Shown: piece by piece, positions 53,573 through 64,000 of the stretch
Layout of the letters: each line of letters opens with the position of its first letter
Numbering within the stretch: the first letter of the stretch is position 1
Source of the DNA: Priapulus caudatus
Lineage: Eukaryota
Assembly: GCF_000485595.1 (NCBI RefSeq)
Contig: NW_014577073.1
Location: 682,666 to 746,665, forward strand
DNA: 64,000 bases
Direction: 5' to 3'
Program-made: the position numbers and the translations under genes
The notes under the pieces: generated by a model
What the model was told of the DNA's origin: nothing
Databases searched by the model: none
What the model saw: only the letters and a program-made list of their open reading frames with translations

Positions 53573-56409
53573 CTAACGCTGTATAGATAACGTGATTACT
53601 AATATAGTTGACGCTGCCGCTGTGGCTAGTTTTATTTTAGTGACATTTCTCCCATGACTGACATAAACTAGCAAGACGCAAGTATCTGCAAACGTTGGCC
53701 AGTGCCACTTTTTTAGAAACAGCATAAAGATTTCATCGTCTATCATAAGTCTAATATGTGATAACATTTGTACAACGCTTCAATTCAAAAGTTATGGTAT
53801 TTATTTTAGATTTACGATGTCGTAACTACTTATGATCATTCTGACAACGAGCAGCAGATTACCAGCAGACATAACTGCTATGACACACGGTTGGAATTCA
53901 TGAAGTAATTTATAAATTGCGTATTACAATCTTATCCGCGAGGAACGGATCATAAAAAACCTTACCAATCATGCATGTTCTTTGTGCAAAATATAAATGA
54001 TAATAGTTGTCATAATAACAACTGCCGCCTTGGCAGCGATTGCGTTATTTGAGTTGCATTCGCACTTATGGCTGCCGGCAAACGTTTACCGCAATTTAAC
54101 AAGCTATACGGCGGTGTGTATTGATTGATGATAAAAAAACGAGACATGATATTAGCGCGCGTTAAGTACGCGTGAATGCGCGGGGCGCGAGCTAACAAGC
54201 ACAGCGCAGTAATAATTCTCATAACGCGCGCGCGTGCGATCGCCACCTTGGTTCGTCTGCGCGGCCGGCAGCGCAATATCCGCCCGAGCGTTTGCCTAGC
54301 CAGCATAAGTCAATACGTCGTTACGGTTGCAGGTCTATAGAGGTGTGACTATAGGCCAGCCTAATGCTCTATGTAATCAACGCCGGCGCGTGAGCACGTG
54401 ATGATGGCCGATGAAATGCCCCGCTAATAGAATTTTGCAGGCCGTAATTTTCACCGTCGAGTAAAAACTCAATTCGCAGTTTGCATCTGGCGCGGCGTGC
54501 ACAATGAGCCAAATTATTTTCGCTACGCGCGCGCGCGCGCACGCTTCTCGCGCGAATTGAATTCGAGCGACGATGAATGTGAGAAGGTGGGGGGAAAACG
54601 CTGTTCTGCTCTGTAAAATGCGAACGAAAGTGCGGGCGGATATATATCCGCATGAATGTATCTATGAATATTAGTACAAACGTGTACGATGTAGCGATAA
54701 TGGTTGTTTTTTTTACGGTTCTGTTTCGAGACGGCTATTCGACATTTTAATTCGATGTATATTATTTATATCTTTTCCCGCCTTAGAAGTGTGCCGAATT
54801 GAACTAGCGTTCATTGTTTAAAGAGCGCAAATTCTAAATATTTTTTCACACTTTAACCGCGAATGTTTTGCGTTATTTCAGCATGCCCACGTGCTATACA
54901 TCTAGCATATTTCTCACTGTTTAAGCGTGGCCAATTGAAATTTATAACAACCTACTCTATTCCAACGAGAAATCACCATTTCCTTTAGCGTAAGAACCAA
55001 ATACAAATCTGGCTTTTAATCTTTTACCGTTATTGTTATAAATTAACAGGGCTGTGGGTGTTTCTTTACCAGTCCGTTTATAATTCTGACGCGTATACCA
55101 ATTAGCGCGATATAAGATTGCGAGCGGAATTAGCGTTGGCGAGTTTGGTGAGACTCATCACGCTATAGCGCGCACGATGGAAATCAAATGATTGTGTTAA
55201 CTCCGTAGAGAGACTTAATAGGAAGATGACATAACGCGATGCAGAAGTGCCATCGAAAGCTCATGAGTATGCGCGTAACTTATTAACTAAGTTCATTCGG
55301 TTGGTAGATAATAGATCTATCTTGGTTAATTTTTACTCAACCGTGTTGATTCGCAAGACTCGAAGACTCGAAGACTTCGAATACTCGTTCGACGACGCGT
55401 TCCAAACTGAAGGGCAGAGTGCTAAATTTTGCGCACACCGCATTCTATATTGAATGACGATGGCGGTAGAACTGCGTTGTAGAACTGCAGCATTTCAATG
55501 CTGTACGTCTACGTCAACTGTCTTGCTTACTGACTTCGGGAATATGTTTAGAGCCCACGAATATGTTTTCCGAGTGATAATTCCGAAACTTCCTAACTTT
55601 TTCAAAATAAAACTATCGTGAGACCTTGGAGAAACGGTCACAACCAGGTGGAACGGAAAGACAGATTCTCTAGAGACGTGTTAGCAAGGTCTCCCTCGGC
55701 CTGGTACAAGGTAGGCGGACGCGTTAGCCGTGATGATAACGAATATTATATGTCACCAAGAGCAGATAATAACACAACTGTTATAGATCTACTCTTGATG
55801 TCACCGAATAGACCGCCATGGAGTTGTACTGATGGGATGGCATCTGCGGCATATATACACGATGTGCCAAAATTGCATCAGGGTGGGAATCAAGATAAAT
55901 CATTCATCGCAATTTCATGGAAAGTAAGGTTATCTGTATATCGTGATTATTGATTTCCGATAGAGTTTAACATCTGGATACACTCAGAATGGTTATGAAG
56001 TACACAATTCAAGCAGTGCTGTTTTCGTATCGGCACCGAACCAAGATGCAATAAGAAAGTGCAACTTTCAGAACGTTCGGTCGAACATTCCCTAACTTCC
56101 GACGCTTCAATATTGCGCAAACACAGTATCATATAACCCACGTGACCCTAGTGCTACGCATACTGGCTTTATATAGTAATCAGGAATACTCCTGGAACAC
56201 TCTACAAATCTACACGATGCTCGATGTTCGAGAGATTTTATAAACAGCCCCGCAAACTCTCGAACCTTTTGGACTGTACGCGTGACCTATATACTTACAT
56301 AGCTTGTTGCCAAGCAACAATATGACACACGTAACAACATGTTTATATTTATTTCTATAAAAGTTCTTCTAAAAATCTAAAAAGTGTTAAAACAATATAT
56401 TAACTCATA

Positions 56410-56625
56410 TAAGATCCGATAGGTGGCGCGGTTTGTTTTCATTAGGCCCCGCGCTCGGTGCAAAAATTTCCCTCTATTTTAATGTTTTTGAACGTGGAAT
56501 GTGAAAAAAATAAAACGTGTTATGATCTGTAGAATGCTCCGACCAAGTTTGGAGAGGATCCGTTGAGCGGTGCGGAAACGTATTGCCGGACACACACACA
56601 GAAAATCCATAATTTATAGTAAAAT
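56410..56625 (+). mobile_element. Possible non-autonomous Helitron-like remnant
   Basis: ccaagtttggagaggatccgttgagcggt...acacacacacag...atttatagta resembles the microsatellite-bearing ends of invertebrate non-autonomous Helitrons; resemblance only. Confidence 0.3.
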
Positions 56626-57011
56626 GGTCAGCTGGACTTTTATCCTGTATTAATTTTAACCTCAAACGAAAATAGTAGAAAATACACTCCAGTCATCAAT
56701 ATTTGTGTTAATTTGCCCAAATATTTATCTATTAATTTATTTAAATTAGTATCGTTTCGATATAGGTGCGGGCGGACATACGGGAACTTTGCCACATCCG
56801 GGACTTTATTAACCTAGCAATCAGCTGTGCCGGTGAAAACAACAGCCTGTCTCCGTGAGTTTACACACGCAAATTTCCAGAAATTGCTTCAATATTTGCA
56901 TTTTTATGTAATGGAAATGTGATAATTATTTATAAGAAAACCTCAAAGTTTCCTCGAAATGTAGAATATATTCAGGAGTGAATAATATTAGATCCATCAA
57001 TGAATATAATA

Positions 57012-57490
57012 CATCTATCCATCCATCTATCCGTCCATTCATTCATCCATCCATCCATCCATCCATCCATCCATCCATCCATCCATCCATCCATCCATCC
57101 ATCCATCCATCCATCCATCCATCCATCCATCCATCTATCCATCCGTCCGTCCGTCCGTCCGTCCACCCATCTACTCATCCATCTATCCATCCATCCATCC
57201 ATCCACCTAGCCATTCAGTTATCCATCCATCCATTCATCTATCTATCCATCCATCCATTTATTCATCTATCGATCCATCCATCTATCCATCCATCTATCC
57301 ATCCATCTATCCATCCATCTATCCATCCATCCATCCACCCATCCATCTATCCATCCATCCATTCCTTCATCCATCCATCCATCCATCCATCCATCCATCC
57401 ATCCATCCATCCATCCATCCATCCATCCATCCATCCATCCATCCTTCCATCCATCCATCCATCCATCCATCCATCCATCCATCCATCCAG
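57012..57490. repeat. (ATCC)n microsatellite
   Basis: Read directly; explains the SIHP/MDGW ORFs. Confidence 0.97.
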
Positions 57491-57762
57491 CTAGCTAGCC
57501 AGATAGCCACCCAGCTAGCCATCTATGCCAATTATAATTTACTTTGCCACAAGTGCAGCCCATCCGTTAACACATTCTAGCGTTTCTATAGCAACACCAT
57601 TTTGTGCCGTTTTAATGCAAGACTGTTACCATCAATCACCCAATAAATGCACGGTATAATCTTAACAAACTATTGAATTTGTTAGTTGACCATGAAGAAT
57701 AGTCTGTCCTATTTCGGTCACTAGTATTTCGTGTTAGCAACAATATTACGCTTCACGCACGC

Positions 57763-57864
57763 TCGATATCATCGACTGATATAGTCGATGATGATCATCG
57801 ATGATCTCGTCGATGATGATCATCGATGATCTCGTCTGATATCATCGACTTGATATCATCGATG
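57763..57864. repeat. Cluster of nested palindromes and a 25-bp direct repeat built from ATCGAT/GATC motifs
   Basis: atcatcgact-gatat-agtcgatgat hairpin; gtcgatgatgatcatcgatgatctc x2. Confidence 0.85.
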
Positions 57865-58084
57865 CTGTCTCACAGAATCTTTGTCTTTCCGCGTGTGCAA
57901 GTTTTGCGTTATGCATCAATGACCTAGATGCATTCTACATTTAGGTAAACGTTGTGATTCGACTCTCTAACTACATCGTACTTAATGGGGGCAGTCATAC
58001 GGGTCACTGACGTAGTATTTTGTTTTTCCTATATTTTTTCGGACTCGTTTTTCTACGTTTTCTTCTCGTTGTTCAATTTTTCGA

Positions 58085-58160
58085 CTTCTTCTTCTACTAC
58101 TCCTTTTTCTTCTTCATCATCGTCTTTTTCTTCTTCTTCTTCTTCTTCTTCTTCTTGTTT
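58085..58160. repeat. (TTC)n microsatellite
   Basis: Read directly. Confidence 0.85.
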
Positions 58161-60252
58161 CTTTTGTGTCAGTGTATTTTCTTCTTATTTTTCTGTTCGC
58201 AATTTTTTTTATTAGTCATTATCCGCTAGCTTCATTCTGTGATGCGTCCCAGTGTAGAAACCCACTCTTAGCTCAACATTAGTAGGCAAAAGGCATTGTA
58301 AATTGGAGATAATGGTGAGGAGGGAAGCCCATGTATGCTTTAGTGTGACCAGATGCTGAGTTAGTAGGTGCTGACTGTTGTCCCAAAAAACCTCCAATTT
58401 CCAACACAGTTCACGCTGTTATATTCTTTTTCTCTTTGGTCTACATGAAAAAAGAGACATTCTTATAGGGCATTGTGTTAGGATCGCATATAGTGTGTAA
58501 TATTGACAGCAGGTGGCGCACGCTTTCCACGGGCCAGATCAGTCTTATTTTCGTTTAGTAACAATTTAGTGTGCTCTGTACCAAAATATTGGATCGCTCT
58601 ACCTACCCTTCGGTTGCCTTTAACACACGACCATTCAACATTGCACAAATGGTTGACCAGTTTTTCTATAGTACATGCAACAGTATCAGCAAGCATGAGC
58701 GTCGGTTTTCGTGGCCGATCACACATACTACTGTATTGTAATACACCACATGGCATACTCTCTTATTGTTTATATATCTGTCCAGGATCGATGCCGGGAT
58801 CTCACTACACAGTATTGTAAATACCACTCAAAGACCGCGTAGAAGCACGATAATAGATAACACAAAATATATCTCCCTGTATGCAACGCGTTTTGCCACT
58901 CGTCTGCTACCAGTGTCGTGTTGCAACAACAGACCGCATGAAAACATATCACTAGCCCTACACACCAACATATTCATTGCGACTGAATTAGTGCTCATGT
59001 TTCTACCCTTTGCTTGATTTTCCTCGGCTGTGCTTGGCGTGTGACACTGACGCTCGCCAAGAGACGATGAGCATTAATCGAGCGTTGAGTACGTGTTTCA
59101 GCAATCATATGTGTGTACGCTTTTAGGTTCAGCAGTTATTGTGAGCGCGTAACCAGCGTGAGAGCTGACTGCGCCACAATCACCGATGCTGCGCTCGTCT
59201 ACCGATCATGCGAGCGTTCATTGCCACCAGTGCTTGCACACGGCTTCATGGTACCGCTTATGAGTATAAACCATTCAGGTACCAATGACTAACAGAAGAG
59301 CTGCTTCCATTAGTTTCACACGTCGACTACACACAACCTGTTCGTATTTGAACGGTATGCATTGGTTAGTACCACGAGATGTTGCTTCATGCGATTAGCC
59401 TCTAGGGCTTCTATGAAGATAGATGGTGCAATAACAGAGATGGTCGGCAATGAAAATTAGATCACCGCCTCTTCTCGTACCAAAGCCATAGGACTACGAA
59501 AAGAATGAGAGACGCACGGAATTCGCCATCACAATACTATCCAACCGCGTGATCTTACTATACGAATAACTACTCCAGTCCGGAGTAATGGGCTCTTAAT
59601 TCCGTAGTAACCTAAACGTAAATGCATTCATCTACGCAAGGATATGTATAGCTGAACGATCTGTTTCACGTATTAGGCCATGATCGTTTTCATTCCACGG
59701 CTGACTTAACCGTTCGGCTTTCGATGAGTAACGGATCATCATCTACGTCCTCTTCGCCTCGCCATACGATGGCTCATTTTACGTCTTCAATTTACTGCCG
59801 TGAATATATATGCGGAATCACGTTCACAGCAATTAACCGTTCGTCGCCAGCGTGCAAACACGTACAACACTGCTCTCGCATGTTTCACCACACCCAGCCC
59901 CGAGGCCCCCCTGATCCCCATCGTACCACCCTCGAGGGGAAGCAGAAGCAGCCAGGCGGCCAGGTTACATTCTATACGTTGTAGTCCGTTCATCGCGTTA
60001 TATGGCGTAATGCCGCGGAACGCGACTCGCCCGCGTTTACATGCGCTTAGCATATGCAGGCTCGTTATCGCTGCTTTGTGCTGACGCGTGTGCCTCCATG
60101 CGCACCCCTTCAAAGCAGCAGGCACTCATACGATCGCGCTGAAGTGGCTCAGCTATGGTGTGCAAATATTTCACCGTGAGCGACGTCACGCCCGCACGCA
60201 CGTGCTGAGAGCAGAGGATTTTCTCTCAATATTGCCCACGATAACCCGATCG

Positions 60253-60418
60253 GTGTGCGTGCGTGCCTGCGTGTGTGTGCGCGCGCGTGTGTGTGCGTGT
60301 GTGTGTGTGCGCGCGCGTGTATGTCTGCGTGTGAGTGCGTGTGTGTGCGCGCGCGCGCGTGTATGTGCGTGTGAGTGTGCATGTGTGCGCGCGTGCGTGT
60401 GGCTGAGTGTGTGTGTGT
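60253..60418. repeat. Mixed (GT)n/(GC)n alternating purine-pyrimidine repeat
   Basis: Read directly. Confidence 0.9.
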
Positions 60419-61385
60419 AGTTGAGGGGGGGGGGTTGCTGCGCGCGCCATATATATGAGCGTGACAATCAAGCTCCGGCTTTTTTTTCGTCATCTCAATC
60501 GCATTTCAATCATCTCGTATCGTCACAAAAACGCGGCGTTCATAGCGCTTCGCCTGCCGACCGAGCGTCCTGCCGCGTTCGTCGAAAAATGGAAACGCAA
60601 ATGACATCGAAACGGTGTGCTGGTTTAATGGCTTCGTTTATGCGTTACGGCGGCAGCTTGCTTATTTCACGCGTCACACGCGGCGGTCACTCACGCACTC
60701 CCGCTAGGATAGGTACATGGCGACGACAGCACCCCCTGGCTGGAAGCACAGTTTGTTGTATCCATGCTAGTTTGCACACGCTGCGATTGTGGATTGCTCC
60801 CTCACAAGCTCAGTGATGTTCCCATATAACGGGGTTACTCAATAACTAAATAAAAGCTGTGTGCGTGTGTGAATCGCGACGAAAAAAGACGTGTTTCACC
60901 ACATACGCGTTTATACAATATTATTTGACAAGAACGTCGGAATCTGTTGTAAGCTTGCCGGTGCGTGTTTTTGTGCATAAATTCTTTTGGCTTCTACACA
61001 CAGACGAGTAATGCATAGCTATATGTGGAAAGCTGCAAAAGCCGTTACGGTTATCGCGTCCACATAATGTGTATTATATCTCGATACATAATAAGACATG
61101 GTATAGCGACGAACTCTGCAGGCCCGCCTGCGGTAACGCGTAACAGCTGTAGCCTTCCGGCGAAGAATTCATCGGAAAAGGCCAGAAAATTTCTCGCGAA
61201 TATTTTTTACCTCGACTGCTGGATGAATCCACCGCGAACGCACCCGTTCTAATCAATGCGCTCGCACTCTAACCAGCGTGGCAATGGTTTGGGAAGCAGC
61301 AAGCACTGTAACCCGCCGCGAGCTGCTTCTATCTGTCTCTAACTAGTGCTGATAGGGTCTATGTCCTCCAGGGTACTGCCGGAAC

Positions 61386-61613
61386 GTACCCTGGATACGG
61401 TCTGGTATACCGGAACGTACCCTGGTAACTATCTAGCTGATATGGTTAGGGTTAGGGTTAGTGTTAGGGTTAGGGTTAGGGTTAGGGTTAGGGAGTAGGC
61501 GTAGGCGACTCCCTAGACTCGTTAGTGGAGTATGGGAGGTACAGTCCGGCATATTAGATAGTAGTATTTAGTACCAGGGAACGTTCCGGTATACCGGACC
61601 GTATCCAGGGTAC
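61386..61613. mobile_element. Foldback element: 42-bp inverted repeats enclosing 8 telomere-type hexamers (TTAGGG, one TTAGTG)
   Basis: Arms 61386-61427 and 61572-61613 with 2 mismatches; hexamers at 61446-61493. Confidence 0.75.
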
Positions 61614-61703
61614 TAATCCTATCTACGGATTAGTACTAATCCTACTCCTCCGTATCCTATGTCCCCCTAACCCTGGGGTCCTATCAGCCTAACGCTGATC
61701 TGG

Positions 61704-61871
61704 GCTGATTAGTCGTGAAAGTAGTTGCCGGATGACTGTGTACTAGATCTATAACTAGTATATGAGCTGATTAGTCGTGAAAGTAGTTGTCGGACGACTG
61801 TGTGCTAGATCTATAACTAGTATATGAGCTAAGTAGTCGTGAGAGTAGTTGTCGGCTAACTGTGTGCTAGA
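61704..61871. repeat. 62-bp tandem repeat, ~2.7 copies
   Basis: Unit starts at 61704, 61766 and 61828. Confidence 0.9.
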
Positions 61872-63112
61872 CGATCTGCAGCCGGATATCCGCGCGAAGC
61901 GCTCAAACGCCGCCTCGCGGCGCACTTTTGCAATTTCGCTGCCCTCTACCTAACGCAAGTACTCCGGTCCTTTCTAGGAGAGGCTTGAAGCCGGCTTTTC
62001 GCTGAATTGAGCAGTTCTGCCCATTGCACGAGGGATCGCACTACCCAGTTAGGTAGAGACGGGCTAGAAAAGCTCCCAAGATTTTGTTCGCTACTAGGCG
62101 CGCTTTCTTTGCTGTAATAACGGAGTTTTTTGTTGACATTGTAACAATATATAGCGCTTATGCGTAGCGTTGACTGGCTGAGTTTAGAGGATACGATATA
62201 TAGGAATTCGTCTTCGCTATTCGTAATTTTAACTAAGTATTACGCTATTCGTAATGCTAACAGTTAGTTTCATTGTCACTCTAATTATCTGCTATTGGTT
62301 GCTCTGCATAGTTACACTCCTCATCAAAACTTGAAAGATTATCAACATGGTGGCAGAAAGTGCCTAAGAATGTGAACAGTGGGAAGCTTGAACTGTAAGT
62401 GTTCGCGTAAGTAACTCACGTGAAATTCCGGAGTGCTCCGACTCGGACGCCCAAGAATAAGAGAAGGCATAGTCCCAAGAAAACCAATGTGCCTCGTACT
62501 CGTGATGCTACAGGCACTTAGGCTATATATATATACTGATATCTAACACGATCCCCAATGACGAGCATCGAATTGTATCCACACCTACGAATAACTTCTA
62601 TTACTACATGTTACAATAATTACTAGTAAGTACTAGCTACTACTACTAAGTACCCAGGACTACTACAGTATACTAGTACTAGTACTAGTTACTACCAGGA
62701 GCTAATAATGACACACTGTGTTACCGGTACCGTACTAGTATGTTACTAATATTCATAATGACGACTCCTGTTAGTGTTACTAGTACTCCTACTAAATATA
62801 ATAAAATATAATGCTAACTAAATACGAAATCTATTTACTACCAACTTCTTCATGTTTCTATAGCATTGGTCTACTCTCTTTGACCTATTATTGCTAGCAG
62901 TTTCGCTGGTAAATTCCGTCGAAATCCTAGCGTCCAACGTATACGCGCCGGCTGCCATTGCTCTCGCGGCGCGACTGTTTGCACGCTTACACTAATATAT
63001 ATAGGCAGGTAGGAAAGCTTGCTGCCAAAATTCGCTCGACGCTCACTTCATTTGAAACTTTCCAGCAGGCAATACACAATTCAACAGCTTCCATCTTTGT
63101 TCCTCCTTGAAC

Positions 63113-63563
63113 AACAGTATTCAGCTTGTTATAAAAACATAAGTGCTCTGCTCGTAACCGAGCTGTGTCATGCGAAATCACACAAAGACTCGACGAAATC
63201 TCCGGCGTTCGCGAACCTTGCCCAGTAAGGAAATAGCTGTCAGCCGCAACACTGCAAACGTTTCTTTGCCAACGTTCCAATGGCGAGGCTCGTACGGGAG
63301 TTGGAAAGCAGTGCGCCGCCTGCGCGCCGCCTCTAGCCCATAGACTGACACTGCGCTTCCACCTCTCGCTTAGCTTTAGTCCCTCGATGGGTAATCGAGG
63401 GTGGGAGTGAGTCCCAGTCTATATAGCCTTTGTCCTTGCAGCCATTTCCATTACTGGGGCAAGGTTCGCGAACGCGAAAATTTCGTCAGTCTTTCTGTGA
63501 TTTCGCGGTGACACAGCTAGGTTACGAACAGAGACATTATGTTTTATAACAAGTGAAACTGTT
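63113..63563. mobile_element. MITE-like element with ~130-bp imperfect inverted arms
   Basis: 63113-63245 matches the reverse complement of 63435-63563 (for example gcgttcgcgaaccttgccc / gggcaaggttcgcgaacgc). Confidence 0.7.
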
Positions 63564-63841
63564 ACACGTCCACAAATGCTCTGCCCTCCTGTGTCCCACA
63601 CTAGAAAATTGGGGACTGTCGCCTGGCAGCTGATGGATGCGTGCGCGGGTACAGCATGTCGCGCGCACGGATCCATAGCTGCCAGCGCTGGCATACTGTC
63701 GTAGGGTTTCCGCCGCGGTCGCGTGCGCCTTAGCGCGGAACTGCGCGCAAGATCTGCGCTCAGCACTTCGGGTCACACCTTCTTTCTGGCAACGCTTCTC
63801 TAGTATCTCCGGTCTCATCTTGGATCTAATAACAGGTATAC

Positions 63842-64000
63842 TGAGCTTGACGTAGTCGTGAGAGTAGTTGTCGGACGACTGTGTGCAAGATCTATAACTA
63901 GTATATGAGCTGAGTAGTCGTGAGAGTAGTTGTCGGACGACTGTGTGCAAGATCTATAACTAGTATATGAGCTGAGTAGTCGTGAGAGTAGTTGTCGGAC
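63842..64000. repeat. Same 62-bp tandem repeat, running off the end of the window
   Basis: gagctgagtagtcgtgagagtagttgtcggacgactgtgtgcaagatctataactagtatat starts at 63907 and 63969. Confidence 0.9.

Noticed and set aside
56181..56196. caggaatactcctg as another CAGGAG family member
   Set aside because: Too short, imperfect terminus, no flanking duplication.
56972..57580. SIHP/MDGW repeat proteins
   Set aside because: Translations of the (ATCC)n microsatellite.
58050..58760. Minus-strand Glu-rich and neighbouring short ORFs as a gene or transposase remnant
   Set aside because: The Glu run is just (TTC)n; frames are broken by stops and no family motif is recognisable.
61446..61493. True telomere
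   Set aside because: Only 8 units, internal, and enclosed by inverted repeats.
61704..61730. Minimal hammerhead in the 62-bp repeat (ctgattagtcgtgaaag)
   Set aside because: The core is CTGATTA rather than CTGANGA, there is no stem II, and other copies have GAGA instead of GAAA.

Overview
Eukaryotic, repeat-dominated genomic DNA, most likely from an invertebrate animal: CpG is not depleted, there are many (TG)n/(AG)n/(CTA)n/(ATCC)n microsatellites, and there is an interstitial TTAGGG tract. There is no prokaryotic gene organisation and no rRNA, tRNA or CRISPR array that I can support. Almost all ORFs in the track are microsatellite translations. The window is a draft scaffold with four N gaps. 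The 27.5-53.5 kb part looks like noisy long-read gap filling, including a probable false 4.2-kb duplication. Best-supported real signals: (1) a family of small CAGGAG...CTCCTG inverted-repeat elements, two with exact 7-bp target-site duplications; (2) a candidate minus-strand three-exon, phase-compatible coding sequence for an unrecognised Cys-rich protein at 3.0-4.3 kb; (3) a 58-bp satellite of about 4.4 kb; (4) a Helentron/HINE-like element; (5) a TTAGGG-containing foldback element next to a split 62-bp tandem repeat; (6) a 21-bp (heptad) repeat that stays in frame for 19 units. I found no demonstrably novel multi-gene system; everything below is a hypothesis to test.
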